Below the pieces are notes generated by a model. It saw only the letters and a list, made by a program, of their open reading frames with translations. It was not told the origin of the DNA and did not search any database. A stretch of 64,000 nt of DNA from Callorhinchus milii (taxonomy: Eukaryota). Made by a program: the position numbers and the translations under genes. The DNA is taken from the NCBI RefSeq assembly GCF_018977255.1, contig NW_024704742.1, forward strand, positions 37,450,001 to 37,514,000, written 5' to 3'. Shown here in pieces: positions 24,480 through 36,037 of this stretch (its first letter is position 1; the number at the start of each line of letters is the position of its first letter).

Positions 24480-25685
24480 CCTGATCCTCCACCAGCAAAC
24501 AAGTGGCAACTTGATAACTGGCTGAACAAGGTGAACCAGCCAACTGCACCTTCAGAGAACCACAGTGAATTGTTGGATAGCCACAGTTCCCAGGACAGCC
24601 AGAGATCTGAGACTAAGGAGAATTGTGAGTACATTGGTTCCAGCAGAGAGCCAAGGACTATACAGGAGGCTTCTCGTGACACAAGTAACTGGCACACATC
24701 AACCCCCAGTAACAGTGGGGTTCAACGACAGACTGTGGCTAAAAAGCAGCCCAAGAAGCCTGGTAAGACAGTTGCATTTGACGAAAATGGAGGAGACCTG
24801 AGAGCTGAGGCTGCACCTTGCACGTACGGTGGTAAAGACCAGTCTTCCACAGAACAGCACAAAGTAAAACTAAAAGAGGGGCAGAAGTCCAGTGGAAAAA
24901 AGGAGTCAAAGTCTTTGGCCAGGATTTCGTCTGAAAGGATAAAGCACAAATGTCCAATTCAGACTGCTCCTAAATCCAGGGAATATGTCGATACGGATTC
25001 CTCTTGCACAGGCCTAGGTACAGATAAAGAAGAGCCACATCCATGTTCCAATCTGGCTCCTGCTGCCCCCGTCCCTCTGAGACAGGAACCCAGTGAAAAT
25101 GGGACAAGCGTCAGTAAACCTGCCAGGGAGGTAAACAGGACTAACCTCCATAAATCTGCTGGTGTGGCTGGGAAGGTCACTGCACCTGCCAGTGAGGTCA
25201 AGGAACTAAATGGAATTTATCTCCACAAACCAGCCAGCAAAGTCAAAGAAGTCACACGGATCAACGTTAGTAAACCAGCCATTGAAGCGAAGGAGGCAAT
25301 TCCGACTAACCTTAATAAACTTGCCACTGACGTCAAGATAGGAAACCGAACGAGCAGCAGTAAAGCTACCGCCAGTGAGGTTGGGAAGGGAAACCGATCT
25401 AGGTCAAATAAATCTGTTTGTGAGGTGAAGGACAACCTTCTGGGTGGGCCGATTTTTCCTACTGTGGGAGATGGGAAATTGCTGTCCCCAATAAGAGACC
25501 ATGAGGTTCCCTGGCCTTTGGTGGTCAAAATTGACTTGAGTTTACTTTCGAGGATCCCATCATTGCCTGGTAAAGCGAGCCATCAGTCCAAGAACAGCAC
25601 TATGGAATGTACTGCACAGAAGAGTCGGGAAGGAGTGAAGGGAAGCACAGAGAAGTCATCCAGCAAGGCCAAGAGAAAGCACAAG
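24480..25685 (+). CDS. AFF1: AFF1 large exon (PDPPPANKWQLDNWL ... LVVKIDLSLLSRIP ... KRKHK), includes the AF9/ENL-binding motif
   Basis: ttcttgcag acceptor, gtgagt donor; 1206 nt open frame (ORF 24462..25700); NKWQLDNWL and KLLSPIRD...LVVKIDLSLLSRIP are AFF hallmarks. Confidence 0.96.
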
Positions 25686-26655
25686 GTGAGTTCGATATGA
25701 GACCTGCAGACCTTTCATTCCCTCTGCTGCGCTCTGTGAGGCTATCCTGCATGTAGGCTGCTATATAAATCACTAATTTGAAAAGTGTCCATTGTTCGGT
25801 GTTAGATTATAAAGGAGATTATCCCAGTGTCCTGGTCAACAGTCCACCTTTTAAATTGGACATTTACCTCATGGCCTGCTTTGGGACCACGATATGTGCA
25901 AAATGAATGCTACATTGCCTGCACAAACCAGTACCAACAAATTTTACAGGCTTCACTGTGAGGCTTTCTGATGTGTTAAGGTGTTATAAAATGCAAGTTT
26001 ATCACTTACACAGTATACTTGTGGAAACTCTAAATAGACTTATTTGTTACCCTTCCATGAGGGGATTTTGCTAAGAATCCTGGCAAAGGGCTAATTCTTT
26101 ATTTACCCACTGAATTTTAGCTGGCGATTTATTATCCTTGTTTTATGATTTATGGTCATTATAGTGTACATTTCAGGTTTTATTCGGTTGGGCTCCTCCA
26201 GTGACAAAATGTGTACAGCCATCTTCTGGCACTCCATTAGGACATACAGATTAGAAGGTTGTCAATTTGAATTTTACTAATTTAATTAATCTCAGCATAT
26301 AGGGCACTACAATGGCAGCAGTGGCCCTGGGTTAAGGAGGTTGTCAGCCTCCAAAGACCTCTTACATATGCATGTGTGTGGCCTCAGGTGAGGTCAAGAT
26401 CAGGCTTGGCTTGGTTGTTGTTCCTCTCTTCCCCCCCCCCCCCCCCCCCCCCCACACACACATTATTAACAGGACTTGCATATCATTAATAAACAACTAA
26501 AAAAACTTTACATTTGGCAAAGCACCTTTCATATCGGGAGGATGTCCCAAAGCGCTTAACAGGATTTACTGTGCAATGTAGGTGGACGGGTCATCCAAAA
26601 AATGTCCCACAAACAGCTATGCAACGAATGACCAATTTTATTTGGGGGATTATTT

Positions 26656-26960
26656 GGAGTCTTGTAGCTCAGTGGTTAGAGCGCTCGCCTCACAAGCAAG
26701 AGACCTGGGTTTGATTCCTGGCAGGGCAAAACCTTGGGCAAGTTTCCTTACTCCACACGCCTGATAATAATCCCTCAAAAAAATAATAAATTGTTCACTT
26801 CAAACCAAGATTGTTTGTGAGACACTGCTGTGCGCAATTGGCTCCTGTGTTTCTCCCACAAATATACAGTCAATTCACTTTACAGTATATTCTGTGAAGT
26901 GCTTTGAGACATCTAGAAGATATGAAAAGCACTATATCAAATGCAAGAATTATTATTATT
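26656..26960 (+). mobile_element. tRNA-derived SINE (family S), internal deletion
   Basis: gtagctcagtggttagagcgctcgcctcacaagc head; tail with (tta)n. Confidence 0.8.
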
Positions 26961-27169
26961 ATAGGACACCAGTACCTGTGGTTTTAAATGGAGAAAGTCC
27001 AGAAAAATCTGTTAATACATAATGTAATTTTTTTATATATATATATAATGAAAAGTAGCCATTTGGCCCATCATGTTGTCCTGTTCGTGGCTTCCCCAAC
27101 ACTCTAATCCCATTACCCTACTGTTTCCTCAACTTAAATATTATTTTTCCACAAGTATTCATGAAATCC

Positions 27170-27840
27170 AATGCAGTGCTAGGGATGTGCTGCATTGTTA
27201 AGTGAAACATTAAACTAAGGTCCCTTACTCCATACGCCTCTGTTTACTTATGGCAGTAAGTAGGAACTCAGTTGTTAGTTGATTGGCAAATACCTTTTTT
27301 GGGGGAAATAATTCCTTCAAAAAATAATAATAATTATAATAATTTGGTCACTCAATCCACAATTGTTTGTGGGCAATTGCCTGCCGGGCGCAATTGGCTG
27401 CCGTGTTCCGCCCACAAAATATAGTCAATTCACCTTACAGAATATTCTTTGAGACGTCTCGAAGACGTGATAAGGCGCTATATTCAAATGCAATGTAAGG
27501 ATTATTATTCAAACTGGCGCCCTTCTGGTCTGTATGTCCTAATGAAGTGCCAAATGATGGCTGTATCTATTAGGTCACTGGAGTAGTAAAACCCGAAATA
27601 TACACCACAGTGGCCATAAATCAGAACAAGATCAAAGATCCCATGGCACTATTCAAAAAGAGAAGTTTATCCCGGTACTTGGCCAACCATCCCCCTACTA
27701 AAATTGATCACTTACTCCATGGCTGTTAGGGACATTGACGTATGCAAACTGACTGCCACATTCACCCACAAAATGCACACAGTCACACCACTTTACAGTA
27801 ATTGCTTTTGAAATGCTCTTGAACAATGCTTCACTGTACA
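27170..27840 (+). mobile_element. Deu-like SINE interrupted by a truncated family S SINE (27223-27508) and a ~110 bp extra segment
   Basis: Deu core resumes at aaagatcccatggcact (~27633). Confidence 0.6.
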
Positions 27841-29038
27841 TGATACAGTTGATTGGCCAGCAGTTACAGCTTCAAATGTTTTAAATGGAGAAAGTCCAGG
27901 AAAATTTCTTACTTTTAATATGCATTGTAAATTATATATTATATCTAATATATCATATATATAATATATATTTGGTGTATATATATATATATAATAGCTA
28001 TAATGAAAGGTAGCCGTTTGGCTCATCGTGTCTGTGCTGGTCCTGGCTTCCCATCGCTCAAATCCCATTTTCTGCTCTTTCCTCGTCCACTTCAGCATTG
28101 TTTTTCCACAAGTATTTATGAAATTCATTTTTAAATGCTGTTATGACCATTGTGGTAAGACATTCCGTATTTTTAAGAACATAGGAATGTTCATGACTGA
28201 AAAAGATCATTCGGTTCATCTGGCCAATCCTACAGTCAAACAATTTTTTTTAATCCTACGTTTCTGCGTTCAATTATTCAATTATTCCTTTACCAAATAG
28301 CTATGCAATTCCCTCCTGAATTTCCTGACATGATTTAATTCCACCGCCTCCCTGGTCAATCTAGTCCAGATATTCACCACAACCTTGTAAACTATTTAAA
28401 TCTTGAACTCTGTTCACCTTCCCGCTGAGCTAGAGTTTGTATCCTCTTGTTCTCGATCGTTTTGATCATGTTAAACATGTTACATACAGTATCAGGGTTC
28501 ATCTGTGCCTTGTGGGTGGGTGCATGTATGTGTGTAAAAAAAATTCTGCTCCTCCCCTTTAAGACCTGAAGGTTTCTTCACTGCTCAGCTGTTTGCTGCC
28601 ATTCATACACTTCGGCAGTGTCGCTGCTTTGATTGACTGACCAGAGTGAGGCAGAGAGTTAGTGGGGACAGAAGGGGGAATAGAAAGGAAGTGAACAAGA
28701 AATTGAAGCATGAAGGTGTCAGTTTTCTCTTCTCAGCGGCATTCCATTATTACTATGTGTTTCAATATCCAGCAGTCCTGGAGAGAAGTAACCAAACTTG
28801 CCAAGCCCTGAGACATCAGGCTTGGGATTCCGTTTGGCATTGATTTGCGAGCTTGACCATTTAAGCTACCGTGCCGCTTCAGGTTTAAAGTGTTTTTTTT
28901 TCAGGTCTCGTAGTATTTGTACTGTTCTTCAGGGGGAAAATTCTACCAGAAACGTTGCTCGGCCTTCTGCATATTGTTGACTTTGCTGTTGTGTCAATGC
29001 TTTATTAATTTTGTATTTTTCAAAAACATTTTGTTTAG

Positions 29039-29133
29039 ATCGACGGGGAAGAGTGCAGCGAGGGCAAAAAGCAACGACTGGACAAAGAAAACAAGTTGTG
29101 CTCTTCAGGCTCCAAGGAACCCAGTAACAAGCG
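29039..29133 (+). CDS. AFF1: AFF1 exon (IDGEECSEGKKQRLDKENK...EPSNK), basic NLS-like segment
   Basis: ttgtttag acceptor, gtgtgt donor; 95 nt, phase 0/2; KKQRLDKE resembles AFF1 KKIRLEKE. Confidence 0.86.
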
Positions 29134-29925
29134 GTGTGTATCTGGTGTCCTGATCTCCCGAATTAGCCAGAGAGATTTAATGCAGCACAGTTGCGCGGCG
29201 CTGATCGGACACCTGTTAAAGTTGCTCTTTATGATTTATTGCTTGTTGCTAAGAGTTGCCCTTCATGTGTTCATGCTTGAACTGTTTAACAGGTTAGCAA
29301 GTCCATAACAAGCAGTTCAGTGGAAGGAAATGTCAGCACTGTGGATGTCAATGGACTTAGATTAAGCTTTTTAAATCCAGCATGATGTTTAAAAAAAATT
29401 TAAATGCAGAGTTGGTTGGTAGGATATGGAACATGTTAATCTGAGTCAGTTACCATATCTAAAAGGAAATTACATAGCTACTTGAAGAAGGAAGGTGTAG
29501 AAGGTTTGCAGGGAATAGAGAAGCGATAAGAGTAAGTCACTCCAGGGTAGAATTGGCACAGGCACAATGGGCCAAATCAATACCTGTGCTGACATGGATG
29601 TTATCCTCTTTCATACTAGATTTCTGATGCATACTAGATCCAACCTGTTACACTGGAAGGTTTTCTGTTGGCCAACCCAGGCTACAAATTAGGCTAATTC
29701 GATGCTTTAGGTGGCCTTTTCTGCAAGGATTGGTTGGTGCAAGTGGAAATGCTCTTTTACAAAGCTGTCAGCAAGGTGGCTGCTAATTTTATGGAACAAA
29801 ACTAATTGAATTGACAAAGTAAGAGGGTTAAAGAATATGAAACCTGCCAGTAGATTGTGCCAGTTAGCCAAATCCACCTTACAAATGGATGATAATCAAG
29901 CCTTACTGTTGACCCTTTCTTGCAG

Positions 29926-30172
29926 AGTTTCGAACTCTTCCTCTGAGAAGGAAAAGAAACCATTTCTACCCCCACCTCCATCTCCTGTGCAAAAACCAGC
30001 AAAGGTTGCCCACAAGCGGCACAACAGTGGAAGTAGCACGTCCAGCCAGGTTTCTGCATCGAGTGCCAGTGACACCAAGATTAACAACAGCAAAAGTAAC
30101 TCCTTGTCCAGATCATCTTCTTCCAAGCACAAAAGAATGGAGGATAAGCGCTCTGGACACTTGAAAACCAAG
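29926..30172 (+). CDS. AFF1: AFF1 exon (VSNSSSEKEKKPFLPPPPSP...HLKTK)
   Basis: ttcttgcag acceptor, gtaaga donor; 247 nt within ORF 29837..30196; LPPPP..QKPAK resembles AFF1. Confidence 0.9.
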
Positions 30173-30569
30173 GTAAGAATACTTTGCTTCACATAAATGC
30201 AAATTCTCACGTGGGGTTTAAGATATACTTGGATGTATGAAGTTCAAAATATTTTTTTGGAATCCTCTTATTGAAATGATGCTTTTTTAAAAAAACAGTA
30301 TTATTTTCAACATTAAAATGTAAATATATTTACCAATTTCCGTAGTTGTTACCATTTAATTGAAAGGGAAACGACAGCACATTAAGTACAAATTAAAATA
30401 CTGCTGTATTGCAGCTGAATAGCAATCAGGTACAGAAACAATGGCTGAATTTCTCCCTCCCTTGTTTCTCTTCACTCGCCCCCCCACCGAACCTAAGCTT
30501 AGTGCTGTTTTAGTGCTACATAAATGCAAGTTGATGATGAACAAAACTTACTACTGTACTAAGTAGGAT

Positions 30570-30890
30570 TTTTTGTCAGCCTGATGTCTGACACATATGG
30601 AAACCCATCAACATCCAAGAGTATCCAAGCTAGAATGAGTTCCACACTTGCATGCCACCTACATGGAATTTTCCCTGCAACGGAACGGACACCCTCTCCC
30701 TGAAGGAACATAGCGTGCTTACCTAATTCCAGAGCGTATTATGCGCAGGTTGATGAGAGCCAAGCCTTGGGACCGCAAAGTGAACGTTGGGAGTTCAACC
30801 TGCTAAAACCTAAATCATCCATCTAGGCCACCTGCCTGTTAGGGCTTCGGCTTGCATGGATAACCAGGAGCAGAGTGGGAAACATCTGTG
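30570..30890 (-). repeat. Family U repeat
   Basis: ttttttgtcagcctgatgtctgacac..ccacctacatggaa..agggcttcggcttgca. Confidence 0.7.
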
Positions 30891-30894
30891 TCCG

Positions 30895-31510
30895 CGTGAC
30901 TGGTCTGGTACTGAGCCATCCATAGCAGGAAAGTCTGGGTTCGATCCCTGATGTGTGATCAGTTAATTCCTAGTCAGGACAGAGGTAAGCCCTACAATTC
31001 GTCTCTGTGTCTTAGAGAAGGAAGATCCAGTCAAATGTTCTATTTCTAAGTGATATCCACTTGCTATCCAGTGATATCTGATGGAAAGTGAAGTCCTGTA
31101 TTGTATTGGTCAGAGCACTCACCTTGCATGTGAGAGGACCCTGGTTCGTTTTCCAAGCAGAGCAAAATCTTAGGCAAATTTCCTAACTCCACACACCTCT
31201 GTTTACCTAGCAATAAGTAGGAACCCGGTTGTTAGTTGATTGACAGATCACTTTTCCGGGGGTAATAATCAGTCCAAATAAAAATAATTTTAAAAATAAT
31301 AACTTAGTCACTCAATCCACAGCTGTTTGTGGGACATTGCTGTGTTTCACCCACAAAATATATAGTCAATTCACTTTGCAGTATATTTTGTGAAGCGTTT
31401 TGAGAAATTTCAACAACGTGATAAGTCGCTATATCAAATGCAAGGATTATTATTATTTTTATAAAGTGGATGTCTTGTGAAGATGAGATTACTCTCTACT
31501 GTGATACTCG
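30895..31510 (+). mobile_element. LF-SINE-like element split by a family S SINE (31091-31460) with AAAGTG target-site duplication
   Basis: ggtactgagccat..gctatccagtga..ggaaagtg | SINE | aaagtggatgtc..gtgaagatgagat. Confidence 0.65.
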
Positions 31511-31903
31511 GGTGTCTTTTTGGCTCAGTTGGTAGCACCTTTGCCTCTGGATTGGAAGGTTCAAGTGCCATGTCAGGCTTGAGTTTCATAGTCTAGAATG
31601 GATTACAGGGTAGGTCCTGCTTTGTCATACGCTTCAGACAAAACATTAAACTAAGATGCCGTCTGCCTGTTCTGGAATCATCTCCAGTGCCCTACCCCCA
31701 CCTCCCACGATAAATGGGCTCATTTTTTTAATGGCTATTTGTGGGACATATTGCTTGCAATTTTGATGCTGCAATCATGCAGTTGCTACACTAGACACTT
31801 GAGAAGCGCTTTGATGGTACGTTGAGACATGATCGATTCTGTATCCAATGCAAGTATTATTACAGAATTAAAATGAATGTTTGTGAAACGTTCTTATTGA
31901 CAG

Positions 31904-32001
31904 GTATCTTCCCAGTGTAAAGCAAGCAATGCCCTTCCAGAACAAGCACTGCCGAATGGAAACTCTAAACCAGCAAGACCCATACTCAAGTTTGATGACA
32001 A
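31904..32001 (+). CDS. AFF1: AFF1 exon (VSSQCK...LPNGNSKPARPILKFDD)
   Basis: ttgacag acceptor, gtaatt donor; 98 nt; LPNGNSKP is AFF1-like. Confidence 0.92.
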
Positions 32002-32098
32002 GTAATTATTTTTACCTGTTTTGCTGTATAGCACTAAAATGCGGTATGTAACCTCTTCTGGCTACAACTTCATACTGACCTCTAACCCTTTTGTTCAG

Positions 32099-32162
32099 GC
32101 AATATCCAGTAGAGCACCACTTGCGGGAAGCCAAAAAAATAAAGCACAAAGCTGATGTCATG
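32099..32162 (+). CDS. AFF1: AFF1 exon, start of CHD (QYPVEHHLREAKKIKHKADVM)
   Basis: ttttgttcag acceptor, gtaagt donor; 64 nt; conserved EAKKxKHKAD. Confidence 0.94.
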
Positions 32163-34169
32163 GTAAGTTACTGCTGGTGGCCCCATTATCAAAACTGTGG
32201 CTGAACACTGTATGAGCTTCAGCTCATTGTGTTTTTAATCCAATCGAAGAAGTTGCCAGTGATTTTAAACAATATTTGATTTAAGAGAAGTTGGGCCGAG
32301 AAAAGGCCAATAAGCTTGCCTCTTCCACAGGCCATGTGCGTCTGCCTTTTTTGTTGCAATCTCCTGAGGAATAAAGTTCTGCAGTTTCTCTCTGCCTCCA
32401 CTGTTCAACTCTGGTTGTTTGCTTCCACAAAATATGTTTTCTTGGTCTCAGCAACATAGGACCATTCTTGTTCTGTGAACTCCACTATTTTCTCTGTCCA
32501 TTTTATCTCAGTAACTTGATTAACGTGATTATCTCTGCCAGTGCTCTGTTAAGCACTCTGGGGCTCTACCATGTGTGAGGGGTTTATGCAAGTTGTTGTT
32601 GTTGTCCATCTTATCTCAGTAACTTAGCAAACCACATGATTATCTCTACCCACTGTAACTCTGTGTCTTTGTCTTACCCAGTTCTTTATATATAAAAGTT
32701 AATTAATTCATAGATTAACCGTTTTTGCTAGGGACCTGGTTTCATGCACCCATTACTTTAGCTCATTAAAATCAGTCCCTTATTTGAGAAGTAAAATGAA
32801 GACTTGGAAAGTAGGCTGGTCTTCAGGTTCATAGAGAGAATATGTCATGTGTACTGTATTCTGTGTTCCAATCCTGTGGTTAAAAACCTGAGTAGCCAGT
32901 AATGTAATTTAAATAAAATCTGAAATGTTGAGGTGAGCTCATGAAATTGGCTTTCTTATGCTGTAATTATAGTGCACTATTGAAGGCAAATCATCACTAT
33001 TTTCACAGAGCAGTGTTCAGGCAATATCTAGTAGAGCACCACTGTGTTGAGTCGCAGTGAATTGCATTGCTCGCTCGTTCCCTAGCCCATCTTGAAAAGG
33101 TGGTTTCAGCAACAATTTGACTTGCACCATCACAATAACAACAACATTCATATAGTGCTTTTCACATAAAAGAAATGTTTCGAAATTAAGTGAATGTTGT
33201 TGGCAGGTAATTTCTCTATCTCATAAACCATGAGATAAGTGGGCAGTTAGCCTGAATTTTTTGCAGTGAATGAGGAAGGAATAAAAGCCAAGATAACAAC
33301 ATAAATCATTTCATTACACCATGATGCAAATCAATATTGGCTTCTCTCCTAGTGATCCCTTGCATGCTCTTGGGACGTTCCATTGGATAATTATTATGTT
33401 ACCAATAAGCTGGTAGTACAGATTCAGAACTTGAAAATTGCTTGAAACAAATCTATTCAATGTTTTTCTGGCAAGCTTTCCCACTGCTTGTCCAGCGAGG
33501 ACCACCTATCATTAAGGGCTTTGGCTTGCAGGAGCTGAGTGTGAAGAATCCCCACTGACTGGTCTGTATCTCCCAGTCCTATTGATGAGCCAGGCTGGCT
33601 AGTCTGTCATCAGTTATGTCCTTAAATACTCCACATTGCTGACATTGCCTGGAACTTCCATTAGGATAAATGCAGCTTCATCTCTAATTGCAGTTGAATA
33701 TAAAATTGGGTGAATTTTATTTTCATTTTAAAGTGGGAAGAAGGAAATGTAAGCCAGCTATTCTCCATCAACTGAATGTGTAAATATTGAAGAAATCCTT
33801 TATCTGAATTGTAATTTTTGCAAAATGGTCAATGTTTAAAATTTCACTCAGAGCATTGCAATTAAAGATAATTCCATAGTTTGGCTTATCCTTCCTGTTC
33901 TATTTGATGGTGTGGATCACTAAATATTGGGAAATTGGATTGAAAATTGCTGAGACATTTGCCTGTGTGGAGCCATGTAACAAATACGATTTGGGTGTCA
34001 GTCTGGCCTAGTTTGTTGCACGCTCACCTCTGAGTCAAAATGTTGTGGTCCCACTTCAGGACTGTGAGCTTTGCTGATACTCGAAGACAATGCTGGTAAA
34101 GTGCGGTTTGCTAGAGGCGACTTTGTGAGATATTCATTCGAGGTCCATCTGGAAGCTCGAGATCCCAAG

Positions 34170-34490
34170 GCAACAACAACAACAACCACAAAATTACATT
34201 TGTATAGTGCCTTTCACGTCGGGAGGACGTTGCAAGGTGCTGGACAGTCAGTGTTTTGGATCCAAGCTGAGGGTCAGGATTCGGGAGAGTGGAGGGCGGG
34301 GAGGCAGGGAGGGTGATCAAATGCATGGTCGAAGAGGAGGGTCTTGAGACAGGTCTTGAAGGAGCCAAGGGAGGGGGTGAGGCGGAGGAACTGCGGGATG
34401 GAGTTCCAGAGAGTGGGAGTAGAGTGGCTGAAGGCCCGGTCGCCAATGGTGGAGCGGGCGAGGCGGGGGACGTGAGGCAGGCCGGAGGCA
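34170..34490 (-). mobile_element. L2 LINE 3' fragment inserted into a Deu-like SINE (33995-34690)
   Basis: TIGDRAFS..PTLWNSIP..SFKTCLKTLLF; (caa)n tail; aggca on both flanks. Confidence 0.82.
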
Positions 34491-34989
34491 CCACTGAAAA
34501 AGAGAAAGGACTTTTTTCCTGGTGTCCTAACCAACAAGCTCCCAATATTTTTTAAAAACAAGATTTCTGTATGAATTCAAGACTGTTTGTGGGAAAATGG
34601 CTGTCGCTACACTGTACAGAAACTCTGAAGCTCTTTGAGATGTTTTCGATTGTGATAAGGCGTTAGATCAAATGCAAAGTCTATTATTGTGCACCATTTG
34701 ATACTTTACTGGACTGGCTTCCCAATGTGTGCAACTTATTTGCTTTTTTTGCTGATATTTGTGGACTTGAGCAGAGGAATGACCTGTATAATTTAATCTC
34801 TCTTCCTTTAAACACTTCTGAGAGGAAATAAAGCTTTCTAGAAAATCAGATTATTCTTTTATACTGGTTGTTGGTGAGAGGGGAGGAGCAAAAACAATAT
34901 GAAAACTCTTTGTACATTTGTTCTGCTTATGTGGTATTTTGTTGCCCAAATATGAATTGTGCAATTTAATACTAATGTTATTAAATACT

Positions 34990-35338
34990 AATAATATAAT
35001 AATCCTTGCATTTGATATAGCGCCTTATCACCATTTTGAGACATCTCAAATCACTTCACAGAATATACTGTAAAGTGAATTGACTGTATATTTTGTGGGA
35101 GAAATTGTGCCAATTGTGCCACAAAGAGTCGTTGATTGAGTGTCCAAATTATTATTTTTGTTTAAGGAATAATTACCCCCGGAAAAGCGATCCGCCAATC
35201 GACTTAACAACCAGGTTCCTACTTACCTCTAGGTAAACAGAGGCCTGCAGAGTAAGGAAACTTGCCCAATGTTTCACCCTACCGGGAATCGAACCCAGGT
35301 CTCTCGCTTGAGAGGCGAGTGCTCTAACCACAAGACTC
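34990..35338 (-). mobile_element. tRNA-derived SINE (family S), near full length
   Basis: Reverse head gggaatcgaacccaggtctctcgcttg..gtgctctaacca. Confidence 0.82.
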
Positions 35339-35521
35339 TATATGTAGTGCATTTACATTATAATAATTAATAATAATCCTTACATTTGATATTAACGTTA
35401 TCAAATACTGGTAATTAGAGTTAATGATACATTAACAATATTTTATATGCAAATTGACTGCAAGCTTTAAAACAAAACTGTTTAAAAAAATTAAATAAAT
35501 GTATTTTATTTCTCGATTTAG

Positions 35522-35658
35522 GCGGACAAGATTGGGAAAGCTTTCAACTACTTAGATGCTGCACTGTCATTTATTGAGAGTGGGATTGCTATGGAACATG
35601 AGGCACAACCACCGAAGTCTGCTTACACCATGTTTTCGGAAACGGTGGACTTGATCAA
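35522..35658 (+). CDS. AFF1: AFF1 CHD exon ([21 protein letters not shown]...SETVDLI)
   Basis: atttag acceptor, gtaagt donor; 137 nt; strong CHD similarity. Confidence 0.95.
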
Positions 35659-35904
35659 GTAAGTTCTCTGAACCGTCCTACTCCAGTGCAGCGACCAAAT
35701 AGCCTTCTGTAATTAACAACATATTTTGAAATGTGTTAACAAGATTTATCATTTTCTTGTAAATTTTTAATCGCAAGTTGAAGTATTGGTGTTTTGTTTA
35801 AATTGTTTAACATATACAGTCAATTCACTTTACAATATATTTTGTGAAGCGCTTTGAGAGGTCTAGAAGACTTAATGATTTTTTAATTTGCACCTTCTTT
35901 ACAG

Positions 35905-35976
35905 ATACACAATGAAACTGAAAAAATTCACAGACTCTTCAGCAACTACTATAGAGAAAATATTTGTAGTATTGTG
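35905..35976 (+). CDS. AFF1: AFF1 CHD exon (YTMKLKKFTDSSATTIEKIFVVL)
   Basis: ctttacag acceptor, gtaagt donor; 72 nt; EKIFxVLC is AFF1-type. Confidence 0.93.
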
Positions 35977-36037
35977 GTAAGTAGTAAGTTGCAGTCCGTA
36001 ATTGCAGTGACTTATCTTGGCCAACGCGCTTCTCTAC

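Noticed and set aside
24467..25528. Several minus-strand and alternative-frame ORFs
   Set aside because: Shadows of the large AFF1 exon.
26431..26453. Poly-C run and other simple repeats (23759-23790 CT, 27930-27995 TA)
   Set aside because: Ordinary microsatellites with no further structure.
26656..26730. tRNA gene
   Set aside because: tRNA-like head of a SINE that continues into SINE body and tail; no complete acceptor stem. The same applies to the other copies.
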